A stretch of 64,000 nucleotides of DNA from Macrostomum lignano (GCA_002269645.1 NIVC01001355.1:205882-269881), one strand, 5' to 3'; shown: positions 1 through 12,664, counted from the stretch's first letter. The notes: generated by a model from the sequence alone, not told the origin. Made by a program: numbers and translations.

Positions 1-149
1 TTTGCACTTCAGTATGACAGATAACAAAAATGGCCAAGTATTAGCTTGCACGACTCTGGATATCAATGATGGAACTGCTGCCATGCTGCTCAGCTCAATT
101 CCAGATATAGCTAGCAGCTCCGCTTCAGCTGTTGCGGTGCTTTGTCATT

Positions 150-512
150 CAACTGCTAGCCAGAGCTCTGCTGATGTCCAAGTTCTGCATACTTTGCCTG
201 CTAGTCAGAGCTCTGCCCATGTCCAGGTTCTGCATACTTTGCCTGCTAGTCAGAGCACTGCCGACGTCCAGGTTCTGTGTACTTTGCCTGCTAGTCAGAG
301 CTCTGCCCACGTCCAGGTTCTGCGTACTTTGCCTGCTAGTCAGAGCACTGCTGACGTCTAGGTTTTGCGTACTTTGCCTACTAGTCAGAGCACTGCCGAT
401 GTCCAGGTTTTGCATACTTTGCCTGCTAGTCAAAGCACTGCCGGCGTCCAGGTTCTGCATACTTTGCCTGCTAGCCAGAGCACTGCCGGCGTCCAGGTTC
501 TGCGTACTTTTC
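150..512. repeat. 45-bp minisatellite, ~8 copies
   Basis: Unit ~GTCCAGGTTCTGCATACTTTGCCTGCTAGTCAGAGCACTGCCGAC. It explains the 15-aa periodic ORFs (VQVLHTLPASQSSAH) in several frames. Confidence 0.9.
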
Positions 513-1665
513 CTCCCAATCAGGACCATAGTTTTCCCGAGGACAATTTTTTCATCAAAGCACCCTATTAAAATCAAAAATGTATTTGTGCATGAATATC
601 TAGTACACAATCTTAGAACTTAAAATGTGCTATCTGCGCTACTCAATACCTAGCCCCAGCTCTTATTTGCAAATAGCACACACTATTGTTTTTTACTATA
701 TATATTAATAGCTAGCCAGTCTTGCATTAAAATTACATCTTAAATACTTTATGAATTGTCTTATTATTTCTATCATTTTGGTGCCTTGACCAAATTTAGT
801 GGTGTAATATAGGGCAATTAGTATGAAGAATAATTGCTCATATAGTAATAATTTTATCATCTAATTGATTTTTATAGATCTGATATACTCATTTTTATAT
901 CTAAAAACTATGTGATCGTGTATGGTGACAATTAAAGTTGACATCTTTATCATAGTTTGAATCAAAGCTTTAGTCGATACAATTTGACCATGATTGACTG
1001 TCAACAATTGTTATATAATGATCTATAGAAAAAATTCTGCGCCTCTGCTTTTTTGTACCTGATAAAATATACCCAAAAGCTGAATACTAATCAGTCCTTT
1101 AAAGAAAAATATTAATTGTCTCTATATGCATTCAGTTTGTTCCATGTGCATGACAAGAAACTTTGCTTGGTGTGTATGGCACTATGTAAAATGCAGGATA
1201 TTTGACTGAAATTTTGTTTATTTTTTAATTCAGATATGGCACTATGCTACGACATTACGCCTAGATGTGATTTCCATGGGGCTACAGTAGACAGAGGGAG
1301 GGAAGTTTGTCCAATGCTTATTGCTACGAGTACATTGTGACGTACATATACTGCATATATCATATACGAAGGGCACAAAATGTTTTGAAACTCGATCTGA
1401 AAGGAAGCTGATAAGGTTTTTTATCCACATGTAGATTTCTCAGCATTTTTAAATTCATTTCAATTTTCTTTTGAAAAAATCGCTTGTGAAATCTTGATAA
1501 GTAGCAGTGCTTCCTATGCCTCTGGAAGAACTGATATTGGGAATCCTTGAACTTGGTGGTCACAAAATCATCATTCAAAAAAAAACAATGGAATGTCATA
1601 TCTAAAAGATTTGAACATCTAAACATGGCTGCCATTTTGGACCTGGGCTTTGAGATACTGTCACA

Positions 1666-1880
1666 CCTAGGGATTCCAAAATCCCGACTTTTATAATCCC
1701 GGGATTGAATAGTCCCGAAATCCCGATGCTGTTGAAATCCCAGGATTCAAAATCCTGGAATCCCGGTGCTTTTGCAATCCCCGGAATTAAAAATCCCAGG
1801 ATTCAATTCCCAAAAAAATCCCGGGATTCAAATCCCGGATTTTTTGCCCTAATCCCGGGATCCCAGGGATTAGGGTTAGA
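1666..1880. repeat. Cluster of AATCCCGGGA(T)-like palindromic motifs, probable MITE remnant
   Basis: About ten imperfect copies of AATCCCG/CGGGATT in both orientations within ~210 bp. Confidence 0.55.
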
Positions 1881-3184
1881 GTAGTAATAACATTTGTTAA
1901 ATATTACATTTGTTAAACTGTTAAACACATTCAATTGCAGATTTTCCAAATAACCCTTGTATAATAGGAGAAACTAACTAAATATTTTCTTTAAATTTTT
2001 TTCTTCTTTGTATGAACTTGTGTTCTTAATGCTGTTTATCCATTGTGGTTGGAGGATTTAATCAATAAAACATTTTTTGTTTTTCATTATTTTGTTAAAT
2101 AGGCCCTATATTTAAAAAACCATTCATTATATACTTGGTTTCTCTTATTGTAGTCTATGCTTTAAGTTTTTATTACAAAGCAAAATTATTGGTCTAATCA
2201 ATATTTAAATTTGTTATATTTTATATAGTGGCATAGACAAAGGGGGATATGGGGATAGGCCTATATCCCCTCATGGGCCTAGTCGGCAAAGGCAGATTTA
2301 AGGGGGGGTGGCCCCTAAATAGCTTGACAGATAATATTGTGCTGCTAAAAACCTAAGTCTATGCCTACAGCCTACTAAGCTTGATTTTTCGCCCCCTACA
2401 TACTTTTTTGTACCGCTAAGCTGAATTTTTGTCTCCTATATCCAATGTTTGTACCCTTGCTTAAAAATTGGTGCTTCTTATACTTATGTTGGCACCCTAA
2501 ACCTAAACTGCCCCTCCCCCCAAAAATGAAACTCTAGATCTACCACGGCTGGTCAGTATTCAATTTATAGCACTTAATTATCACTGTGAACTGCCTCTGA
2601 AGTAGTAGCAGCTACTCATATCCCTGCATCCCCCCTGTAAGAAATTCCTGGCTACACCCCTGCTTATACATATATATAATCATCATATCATGCAAATTAT
2701 ACAAACAAAATGAAAATGGCATAGGCCTATACAAACAAATGGCATATGGCTTTTACAGCGGTCCGTGTAAACACAGCAACGGACGCAACGGACCGCAACG
2801 GACCGCAACGGACCGCAACGGACCTCAAGAAACTGCTACAGACTTAAACGAAGTAAAATCGTACCTACAAGTATAAGAAATTAGATTTTTGCCTAGCGTT
2901 AGCTGTTAGATCGTTTTTATATTTATTGCTTTGGTACTTTTTCATTCTGCATGTATTTTAACGATTCAAAAACGAGAGGTAGCATAATAAAAGTCGTTAA
3001 AATTCTTTATATATTTTGTTTATAATACGTTATTGCAATTTTTAAAGAATGTTTTGGTCGAAATAATAAAAAATTATGAAACGTTTGTTTTAGTCCTAAA
3101 AACTCCAAGTCTAGCAATAAGGCGGAAAAATTGCTAAATCAAGGCACGAATTAATTTATTTGTTTGCTTACTCATTCATAATTC

Positions 3185-4915
3185 ATGATTCCTTGTAAGA
3201 CGAGGTTAGCAACGTGGTTCCGCCCGTCGAGCTGCTGCTTTCCTTGGCCAATCCGATCATTCCGGGTGGCGCCGGGGACCGTGAGGCACACTCCCATCGA
3301 GCCTCAGCCGTACCACAGAGCATGCTTCCGCGTGCTTCGGGTCGGGACACTGAACTGCCGCAGTCTCAAGGCCGCCTGTTGGAGAAGGCTGCTGGCGCAG
3401 CTAGCGCTCGACCTCAGATGCGATGTCATCTTGCTGCAAGAGGTGTCCATCTGGGCCGACCCGGGAATTCACTGTGAGCACTGTGCGGCTCAACCCTCTG
3501 GTCGTCGGCGAGCCAACGATCGTGGCCGTGGAGGAGTTGGAGCTCGATGATCGGACCGAAGCTGTAGCAGAGCTTTCGCTGCAACTCCCTGTCTGACCGC
3601 GGCTGCTTCGCGGCCGGAACGCTCGCCTGTTCTGCGCGTATGCGCCTCTGCCACCCGACTAATTGACGAGGCTCAAGTCTTCTTCGAGCAGCTCTCGGCC
3701 TAGATGAAGGAGACGGCGCAGCGTGACGCGGTTTTGCGTAGGTCCAAGCGGTCGCTGTTTATGACACCGCACGAGAACGGCAACACCGGAGCGCTGGAGG
3801 ATGTCCTGGAGACGCAGAACATGGTGTTGCCAATACGGCCGCTGCCGTAAGCCACCCGGTAGGCTCGCGACCTTCGTGGTCTGCATGCGGCCGGAATGCA
3901 ACGCGGAGGCAGGCACAGCTCGACCAAGTGCTTGTACTGTACGTTTTCGTGAGCGCCGCCGCGCCGTCAACTGCCGCCCCATCACGCCGCTGGCTCTGCG
4001 GTCCGACCACCGGCTCCTTGGTCTGCGACCTGCGTGTATGCGATCCGCTTTACCGTCCACGGCGCTACTACCGTGCACTCAAGGACAACCTAGGTGCGTC
4101 GCAATTTCGCTAGTGCCTTCGTCAGCGCGCTTGGTGCTTCAGGGAGATACGCTTGCGCCGTTCCTGTTCGACCTGGTGCTTTACTGGGTGAACTGCTCTC
4201 CTTCTAACGACGACGGCTTCCTGTTGCAGCGACGCGCAGGTTGACGCCAACCGGAAAGGCGGCTCTGATGATCTCGCCCTGCTGTTCTCGACCACCGAGG
4301 GCGCCCAACGCCTGCCGGATGACATCGAGGCTGCAATTTTCAGCCGAAGCGCCGACGGACAGGTGACGAAGTTTCCGTGCTATCAGCAATTCGTCTACCT
4401 CGGCGGTCTGGTGCTTGACGTTCGCGAGGACCTGCGACGTCGCCGTGGTCTTGCCTGGGCTGCCTCCGTTCCGTGAGGGTTGTCTTGCAGTCTGAGGCAA
4501 TCGATCCCGACCGCCAGAGGGCGACGTTGTTCCAGGCGGTGATCGAGACCGTCCTGTTGTACAACGCCGAGACCTGAACGCTGACGGATTCGCTCGAACA
4601 GCTGGTCGAAGCGGCACACGCTGGCCTGCTGCGCCGCCTTCAAGATCGGCTACGAGCGAGTCACCAATGCGGCACTCTACGAGCGTATCGCCGCACCTGC
4701 CTGTCCCATCCCAGAGAACTGTTGCACCGTCGGCGACTCCAGCTAGCTGGCTGAAGCTGCAGGCACCCTACCGGCGGGGGCAGGCGCGCACTCGGCGTTT
4801 CGTCGACTGCCTGCTGGCTGATGCTGGCGCCCCGGACACTGCCGGCGGTGTGGTCTACGTTCGCGCCCAGGCCTTGAAACGCGCCTTGTGACGTTGTCTG
4901 CTGACTGACTGACAA
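3185..4915 (+). mobile_element. Degenerate, internally deleted RTE-clade non-LTR retrotransposon
   Basis: APE endonuclease N-terminus (VGTLNCRSL...DVILLQEV, ~3340-3450). RT motif QGDTLAPFLF at 4140, then F.YLGG, DVREDLRRRRGLAWAA and LFQAVIETVLLYNAET*TL across frameshifts. (ACTG)n 3' tail at ~4903-4914. The 5' boundary is approximate. Confidence 0.85.
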
Positions 4916-4956
4916 CGTATTTTGTTGTTGCTGTTGTTAGTCTTCACACCCGCCCT

Positions 4957-6204
4957 CCGGAGTTGCGACCGCGTCTTCTCTTGATCCTCGAATTGCGACA
5001 TCCCTCTCATCATCAAGGACGTCTCCCCCGGTCGACTGCATCAATCATCGAGGCTAAAAATCATCAACTGCAATCATCTACAAAGACTGCGACGACATCA
5101 TCCCAAAGCCTACAGCTGCGAAGCACCAAAGCCGATTCGGTCACTGTGGATTACCTGGTCTCCGGCTGTTAATTTTCTGATTGGTTGGGTGAGAGGGAGG
5201 CTACCTAGACTTGCGTGATCGGGTGATTCCTTAATTATCTGTCCCCTATTTCAGTAGTAGCTGGATCAAGTGCACACTTGCTCATTGTTCAGTAGTGCTG
5301 TGTAACTTGAGGCGAAATCATTCAATAATACTGTTAGTAGTCTATACTGCGAATAAATCTGAACTAAGTGGGAAGTGTGAAGTAAGAAGGTTCAATCCGA
5401 CAATTATTCGCCGATGGCTCAAATGAGGAGTTATTAAGCTACATGTATATGTAGTAGGCGCTGGTCACAGTGGACCAATGGCAAGCGCAGTTCTCAGTCA
5501 ATAAATTTATCTATCAGTTAGCGAAATTGCCAATAGTGCAAAATCGGTGCAAGAGATGTACACTCTAAAATCGCCAAGCGGCTCGGATATAGTGAATCAT
5601 GCGTTCTCTGAAGTTCGAGTTAGTCTATCATCAGGGCTACGAGAGGCTGGTTGGCGCGTTGAAGGCCAAAAGTACAATCTCTCTTATTTAGCAATGTAAT
5701 AGTACATACAGTATGTAGCTACACCTTAGACTCGCCACCGCAAGAATCCCCTGCACAAGTCCCCTCTGTCCCAGCATGACCAATGCGATATATAGCTAGC
5801 AGTGTCCCTTATCATCGGCTATGACTTCGAGATTGACAGCAAAAAGACACTAGTTGGCAGGTAAGTGCAAGCCCCTTTTAGTCGGAATTGCCCGATTTCG
5901 AAAGTTCCGGTTTGGTGAGCTGGTGCGTATATACGGGCTGCTGGCAGCGGGTTAGTTAATCTGCGCGGATTTGCTTATCTCTAACCTTCAAAATTCTCCC
6001 TGCGCCTTGGGTCTCGATTGACTCGCTGTCCCTCTCTTACGTACGTAACTATATAGCACCCAGACTGCTCGACACAGACCAAAACTTCCTTTGGGGCTGA
6101 CCATCTGACAGGAGTGAGGGGACGACAGGGCTCTAATTGATTCATTTCTGAGACCTGAGGCCCAATTGAGGCTTTTAACGCCGGAAAGGCCGAAACCCAT
6201 CATA
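4957..6204 (+). repeat. Unclassified ~1.25-kb interspersed repeat, copy 1
   Basis: Collinear with the reverse complement of 8178-9373. Shared blocks include CAGCTGCGAAGCAC, TGGTCACAGTGGACCAATGGCAAG, GGCGCGTTGAAGGCCAAAAGTAC and CAGTGTCCCTTATCATCGGCTATGACTTCGAGATTGACAGCAAAAAG..CACTAGTTGGCAGGTAAGTGCAA. Confidence 0.85.
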
Positions 6205-7559
6205 AAATTAAAATTGGACCGATTCAGCATGGTTAATCATACGAGCGAATGAATTTATTTACAAAGTTTTCGAAGTTAAATTAGTTTTGGCCTAAAAATA
6301 CATGAGATTGAATAATTTAAACAAACCATTCAACCTAAGTTTGCGCGAATTGAAAATTCGTTGGCGATCAGTATTTATTACCGATAAGAATTTGTAGCTT
6401 AAGTACATGTATCAAGTGAAATAATGCGATATACATAAATGATTAAAAATCTATGAAACAGTCGATCCGGGTGCGACCATGCATGTACATGTACATGTAC
6501 ATGTATTTGCAATTTATCTGGACTGCATTCATAATTCTAAATTAATAATTCATAATTCAAAATAAATTCAATTGCATTCATGCAGTTAGCGCATACGATA
6601 GGATTTAGCAAAAACCTTATATAGTCGAACCTTAACATCCAGTCTCTATTACATGTACTCGTATCACTCAAGGACAACTGAAGGAAGTTGTCCTTGGTAT
6701 CACTCAGATTTTGGTCTGTTGCGGTCCCGTTGCGGTCCCGTTGCGGTCCGTTGCGGTCCCGTTACGGTCCATTGCGGTCCGTTGCGGTCCGTTGCGGTCC
6801 GTTGCGGTGTTTACACGGACCCTTTTACAGTAATGTAAAAGGGATCTAGGGGGTTAAGACAGCTACCCCAACATGACTAACCTAGCCTTGTTTTCGCTAT
6901 ACTAAAATGGTTTATTCTATTCTTCTTAGGCCCTATCATATAGGGGTCAGAGTCAGACAAGCGACATTTAGTTGGGTGTAAATTATTGTGAATATTTTTG
7001 GGCGTGATTAGGCCTAGCGATTGTGATCTAATTTTTTTTAATTCGATAACAATTAGGCCTATTTGAATAAGTACACACAAAAACTAAACTAAACCAATAC
7101 TAGAATAAGATAGTTTGATATTGGCTATCGCCTATCGGGTTCAAATGTAGCCAGTTTTAACTATCTAGATCTGATTTTGAGATCAACTACACGCTAACTT
7201 GGGTTTTAAATTTATGTATAGTTGTCGTACAAAAAAGGCAAAATTATTTACGCGGTAGGTAACTGGTATGAAAAGTCACTTCTGGAAATAGCCAAATACA
7301 AGTAATTAGCACTTGATTTTTTTAGTTTAGATTTTACAGAAATTTGTTTAAGTTTCACGAAGTTTTTATGTATCGAGAACTTTCTACATGTATTTCAAGC
7401 CAATCTTGGCTAAATTTTTACGTCTTATACACCCAAATTCCCGCGACACTAGTGTTGGAGGGGATCTTGTACCTAACATGCGAAAAAACACCTTGTAAAA
7501 ATTTCAGCAATGACCGATAAAAAGAAGTCTCCTGGGTCGTTCTATACGATACATCTACT

Positions 7560-8092
7560 TTTTACCCCCCCCCTCACTTTCGTTATACGATCCCCGATAG
7601 CATGAAACAATGCTCTCCATACTGTAAGGGGATCGTAAAACGAAAGTGAGGGGGTGTCAGGCGGGCATCGAACAGAGTCGTATTAACTATCTTTACTTCA
7701 TATACAATTAGTAGCCTACGATACCTAAATTTCACTTTTGATATACGATCCCCTGCAAACAAATTTCCGACTTGAGGGATCATATTACGAAATTGATGAA
7801 AAGCCTTAAGTTTCGTTATCCGATCCCTTTCCATACACTTCCTCCATTTAAATGATCGTATAACGAAAGTGAATATAGGAGGGCTCCTATACTACTCTTG
7901 CGAAGACTCTTGTCCAGGCTTTGTTTGATTGCCTTCAAAATAGACAGCTTTTGAAACTGCCTTAGTGCAGTGACTTTGACTCTTTGATGGATACGTTTCC
8001 AGTCCTTTGGTGTCTATATTCTTTCACTGCGTCTTTTACACGGGGATCGTATAACGAAAGTGATTAGGAATGGGGATCGTAAAACGAAAGAA
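7560..8092. mobile_element. MITE-like element with arrays of GGGATCGTATAACGAAAGTG motifs in inverted orientation
   Basis: Motif at ~7574 (reverse), ~7628, ~7810 (reverse), ~7855, ~8042 and ~8072. No TSD established. Confidence 0.5.
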
Positions 8093-8177
8093 TGCCTATT
8101 TTTTCCTGTCCCTGCCATTTTGCATAGCCATAGATCTAGCTAGGCGCTAGGCCCTAGGGCTAGGCTAGGGCTAGGTC

Positions 8178-9373
8178 TATGACTGGTTTCGACCTTCCGG
8201 CCCCCTTGTGGGGAAGCCTTCGGGCCTCAGGTCTCAGAAATAAATCAATTAGAGTCCTGGCCCCCACTCCTGTCAGATGGTCAGCCCCATGGTAGCTTGA
8301 TCGTGTGGCGAGCAGCCTAGGTCCTATAGCTAAGAGAGGGACAGCGAGAGACGAGCAGGGAGAATTTTGAAAGTAGCTAATCCGCAGATCAACTAACTTG
8401 CTGCCACCAGCCCGTGCGCCCTGGCTCACCACACCGGGACTCTCGAAATCGGGCTTCCGACTAGAGGGGGCTTTGCACTTACCTGCCAACTAGTGCCTTT
8501 TTGCTGTCAATCTCGAAGTCATAGCCGATGATAAGGGACACTGCTGGGACTAGATCGCATTGGCCATGCAGGTACAGAGGGGACTTGTGCAGGGGATTCT
8601 TGCAGTGGCGAGACTATGGGGTAGCTACATGTACTATTACATTGCTAAATACGAAGATATGTACTTTTGGCCTTCAACGCGCCAACTAGCCTCTCATAGC
8701 GCTGATGACTAACTCGAACTTCAGAGACCTCGCATGATTCTTTACCCGAGCCGCTTGGCTAACCTAGAGTGCACAAAGTACATCTCGGCGCCAATTCTGC
8801 ACTTCTGGCAGTTTCGCTAACTGATTTGATAGATTGATCGACTGAGAACTGCCTTGCCATTGGTCCACTGTGACCGGCGCCTACTAGCTTAGCTACTCAT
8901 CTGAGCCATCGGCGAACAAAGAAATAAAACCGATAAAAATAACTGTCAGGTTTAACCTTCTCCTCAGATCACTTCACACTTCAGATTGAATTGGAGTTTT
9001 AGACTACTAGCAGTATTATTGAATGACTTCTGCCTCAGCAACAGCACTACTGAACAAAGTGAGCAAAAGTGTGCGCCTAATCCAGCTACTGAAACAGGGG
9101 ACAGATAAGGAATCACCCAATCAAGCAAGTCTAGGTAGCCTCTCACCCAACCAATCAGAAACTCAACAGCCGGAGACCAGGCAATCCACAGTGACCGAAT
9201 CGGCTTAGTGCTTCGCAGCTGTAGACTCGGGATGATGCTGACACAACCTTCGCAGATAGCTAGCAGGTGATGTCTTAACTTTGATGTTCGCTGCTGGTGA
9301 CCGGGGGACTCGTCCTTGATGATAAGGGGGGAAGTCGCAATCTGGGGATCAAGAAACGACGGTCGCGCTCCGG
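8178..9373 (-). repeat. Unclassified ~1.2-kb interspersed repeat, copy 2 (inverted relative to copy 1)
   Basis: Reverse complement aligns block by block with 4957-6204. Indels are not multiples of 3, so it appears non-coding. Confidence 0.85.
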
Positions 9374-9483
9374 GATGTCTCAAGCTAGGCTAAGGTCCCA
9401 GGAGGTTGAGGTCCGAGCGGGCCAAAAACACCGGTTTAAATAGCCGCCAACTAGACCGCAGTTTGTTATAATGGAACACGTCG

Positions 9484-9570
9484 ATTCTGATTGGCTGAGC
9501 CGTTTTGTTAAAATGAGCGCCGAATTTTCTGATTGGCTAAGCTTGTTGCTACACAGAATCACGTGACCGG
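9484..9570. promoter_or_regulatory. Possible promoter: two CCAAT boxes and an E-box
   Basis: TTCTGATTGGCT at 9485 and 9527 (42 bp apart) and ATCACGTGAC at 9559. Motif-level evidence only. Confidence 0.3.
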
Positions 9571-10824
9571 GAGATCCTATCAGTTCCCACAGGGTCGTAA
9601 AAAGATGACAGGTGCGGCCATAAATCAATCAAAATCGCAACAAAATGATTTATGAATTTTCGCGTAGGATTGACAGAAATTAATGAAAAAATATACATTA
9701 GAAAGCTCTTATTAAATAGAAAGTGAAGATAATGAAGAGAAATCACTAATCGCTAATCCCAAAGTACTTTTAGGGGTAAAAAGCATAGCTGTCAAAGCTG
9801 TCACACGCTTGAGTGAACACGAACAATAGGCTCTGACCTCATAAATCTTGATGGCCTGTCAAAATGATGAGAAAAAAGCTACCTCCCGCATCCTCTCAGA
9901 CCATCTGGCACCCGCCTCAACACTGAGTGAGGCGCAGGTGGCTGTCAGACCAGCTTCGAAAGCGATGATTTATGACCCAAAAAGCTGCGCCTATGTTATT
10001 ATGACTACTAGTATGGCCAGACATTATATCTAGTATAGATTCTATGAAAATTCGCAGAAAAAGAATAAAAATGCCCTTAGCCTGCTGTCAGTAGGCTAGT
10101 AAGTTTAGAGCCCATGTGCTAGCGCGGGATTTGGAAAAAAGTGCGTCCTCATCATCTAGTTGAAAGCTTAGCTAGCCTTTTAAATATAAACTAGGTTTTA
10201 GGTCTACCTGGTACACACAACCTAACTTGTCCTGGGCTGGGACAATACTTAATAGGCCTACTAGGCCTAGCAGAGGCCAGGCTGGCCAGGGCCATGGCCA
10301 TTAGCCAGGGCCCAGGGCCAGGGGCAATTCAATACAGTAGAAATAAATTTAAAAAGCTTCGTTTGTGAAATTTCGATTAAATCGAATTTCTTATTATAAT
10401 TAAAACATAAGCACAAAGAATTAATTTAGAAACAATCATTGGGCTAAGAGTCTTCTCAATTGTCTGCCCATGTCATGATGAAACATGTATGTGCAACATG
10501 CAACATGCTGGAGCTAGAGCTTACCTAATTTTCTTTTAAACCTCGTGGTTGCTTTCGTCAAATTTCAAAAACATTTTTAAGCAGAATAATATTATTTATT
10601 ATTTATTAGAAAAATACATTAAAAAATAAGTCATAAGTGCATTTTTTTATATCGCTGAAGCGATCTGAAATTGTTTTACTCAGCAAGTAGGCGTATACTG
10701 TCAAGAACAACACTATTTTTAACTTTGTTGTACTGACTTTTTAATATGGCTTTCCATGAGTGTTGACGAATTGCAAGCGTAAATGATATCTACGTTTCTT
10801 TCTATACTTTACTTTACTTTACGT

Positions 10825-10950
10825 GTGTGGCGACCCCCCCAGTCCTTGGACTGAACAGCCGTACGCAGCCTTCAGATGCGCCGCGCAATAGCTGCGGCTG
10901 AGCTGTCGGTTGCACATCTGCCCATTGGGCAGGTGTAATCAATTATTATT
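10825..10950 (+). mobile_element. SINE family A, 5'-truncated copy
   Basis: GGCGACCCCCCCAGTCC..GGACTGAACAGCCGTACGCAGC..AATAGCTGCGGCTGAGCTGTCGGTTGCACATCTG matches the 3' half of 19651-19955 and ends in a (TTA)-rich tail. Confidence 0.85.
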
Positions 10951-12126
10951 TACTAGAAAGCTACTTTCTTGATGATTATAATGAATGATTTTAATATTGT
11001 TTCTTGGTTCTTCCTTTGAATGATCACAAAATATATATTTGATTTGGCTCATTAATCCCGTAGCCGTAGCGTAGCTTTAATTTTAGATAACTGTGTATAG
11101 TTATAGTAGTTCTTGTCGATCGAAATTCCATAGGCTAAACTCGTAAAACCTTGGATTTTTCTAGAGTGGAGCTTCTAAAATTTCAAGTTTGTTGGACTTG
11201 GCAGTAGACTCGATAGCGTAGACAACGGGCAATCGTTTAATTTGTCTAGGCCGTCCATTTACATTAATAGAATATGGTACACTTTACCCTGTTAGAGTTT
11301 TAGCTAAAAATATTTTATCTACATATATTAAGTTTTGAATCATGCTAAAGCCTCGAGTTTGCTGTGCCAACACAAAGGCAAGAAATTATCGACTTATAAA
11401 ATTTATGCTTAAATATAAAAAACAGCACGTTACCTCAGATTAGAACTTTGCAATCTTTCGAAGTTTAAATAAGCTCGTGTTATGCATTTAAAGAATAAAT
11501 TCTGGGATCAATGACCCCAGCCTATGCTTTCATATTTCATAGGGCTATTTAATTTTGATGTCGGCCAGTCATCTTCAAACGGCACTTGATTGAAATAGTC
11601 CAACGTGATGGGAAGATAATTTTGTTCAAGCTGAAACTTTCCAAACTACTCCTAGGAAAATGAGATGGTCTAACATGTTTATTAAATGCTGGTTAACTAG
11701 CTGTTTTTTAGACTATTATTTGAATTTAATTTGATTATGCCGTACGAGCTATTTACATTGACTATAGAAAAGCTTTGACTGCTCATCTTTAATAAACAAT
11801 TAAATGTAGGAATTTCTGCTTCACAGTTTCTATTGATTGGCATGTTAAAAAAAGCAGTCATGACACTCAAAGGTGCTAAATTTTCTCTCGGATGAGACAG
11901 GCGTTGAAGAATAGCTAAAAAAGCAGCCCCTTCCATTTCCCAACAATTCTGAGCGCGCTTGGAGCCTTGGACCAATGGGCGATGATCCTTAATTATGATT
12001 GCCCACCCCTAGACGCCCACCTCCTCCCTCTATGTATGACAGCGACCAATGCTGCAGGGACACACGCCGCTCCACCCCCAAGACAAACTCAGTAGAGATT
12101 TTATAAAAGCAGATTTTTCTCTTCAA

Positions 12127-12323
12127 GAAATCCTGCGCGGCCGGGAGCAGAGCTACTCAGGCGGCATGTCAGCTCTAGACGCCGCCGTCTCAGTGCAGTC
12201 CCCGGCGGTCGCGTCTGATGCGGCGCACAAAACTGCAGCGCCGCCGTTAGTCGACTCGCTGCTCGTTTCCCGGGTGACATCGGAGATAAGCATCTCAGGA
12301 GGTCTGACGCTCACGAGTGTGGC
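12127..12323 (+). CDS. Candidate orphan coding exon (possible alternative 5' exon of the WD40 gene)
   Basis: GC-rich island bounded by TTTTTCTCTTCAAG| and |GTGAGT, with one open frame ([20 protein letters not shown]...LTLTSV). Ends in phase 2, compatible with the exon at 13727. No recognisable domain. Confidence 0.35.
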
Positions 12324-12349
12324 GTGAGTGATCATACTGATTGTGGCAG

Positions 12350-12430
12350 GACAGACAGAATGACCGACAGACAGACAGACAGACACTAAGACAGACAGAC
12401 AGACAGACAGACACACAGACACACAGACAC

Positions 12431-12497
<67 letters not shown>

Positions 12498-12504
12498 TAC
12501 AGAA

Positions 12505-12535
<31 letters not shown>

Positions 12536-12536
12536 A

Positions 12537-12568
<32 letters not shown>

Positions 12569-12569
12569 G

Positions 12570-12605
<36 letters not shown>

Positions 12606-12664
12606 CACAGACAGACACTAAGACAGACAGACACACAGACAGACACTAAGACAGACAGACACTA

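Larger units (their letters stand above)
2759..6822. mobile_element. Non-autonomous TIR DNA transposon (4.06 kb) with 8-bp TSD and nested cargo
   Basis: Left end CGGTCCGTGTAAACAC followed by (GCAACGGACC)n at 2759-2825. Right end (GGTCCGTTGC)n followed by GTGTTTACACGGACCC at ~6715-6822. TTTTACAG is duplicated at 2751-2758 and 6823-6830. No transposase ORF seen. Confidence 0.85.

Noticed and set aside
1-150. Minus-strand peptide QSTATAEAELLAI resembling a retroelement RNase H motif
   Set aside because: Too short, preceded by a stop and cut by the window edge.
8700-8725. CTGATGA hammerhead core on the opposite strand of the 1.25-kb repeat (also ~5627)
   Set aside because: Followed by CGAAC rather than GAAA, with no convincing helix II.
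11697-11975. Minus-strand ORF containing EMEGAA, resembling a nucleoside phosphorylase motif
   Set aside because: A six-residue match only, in AT-rich sequence, with no other family motifs or convincing splice sites.
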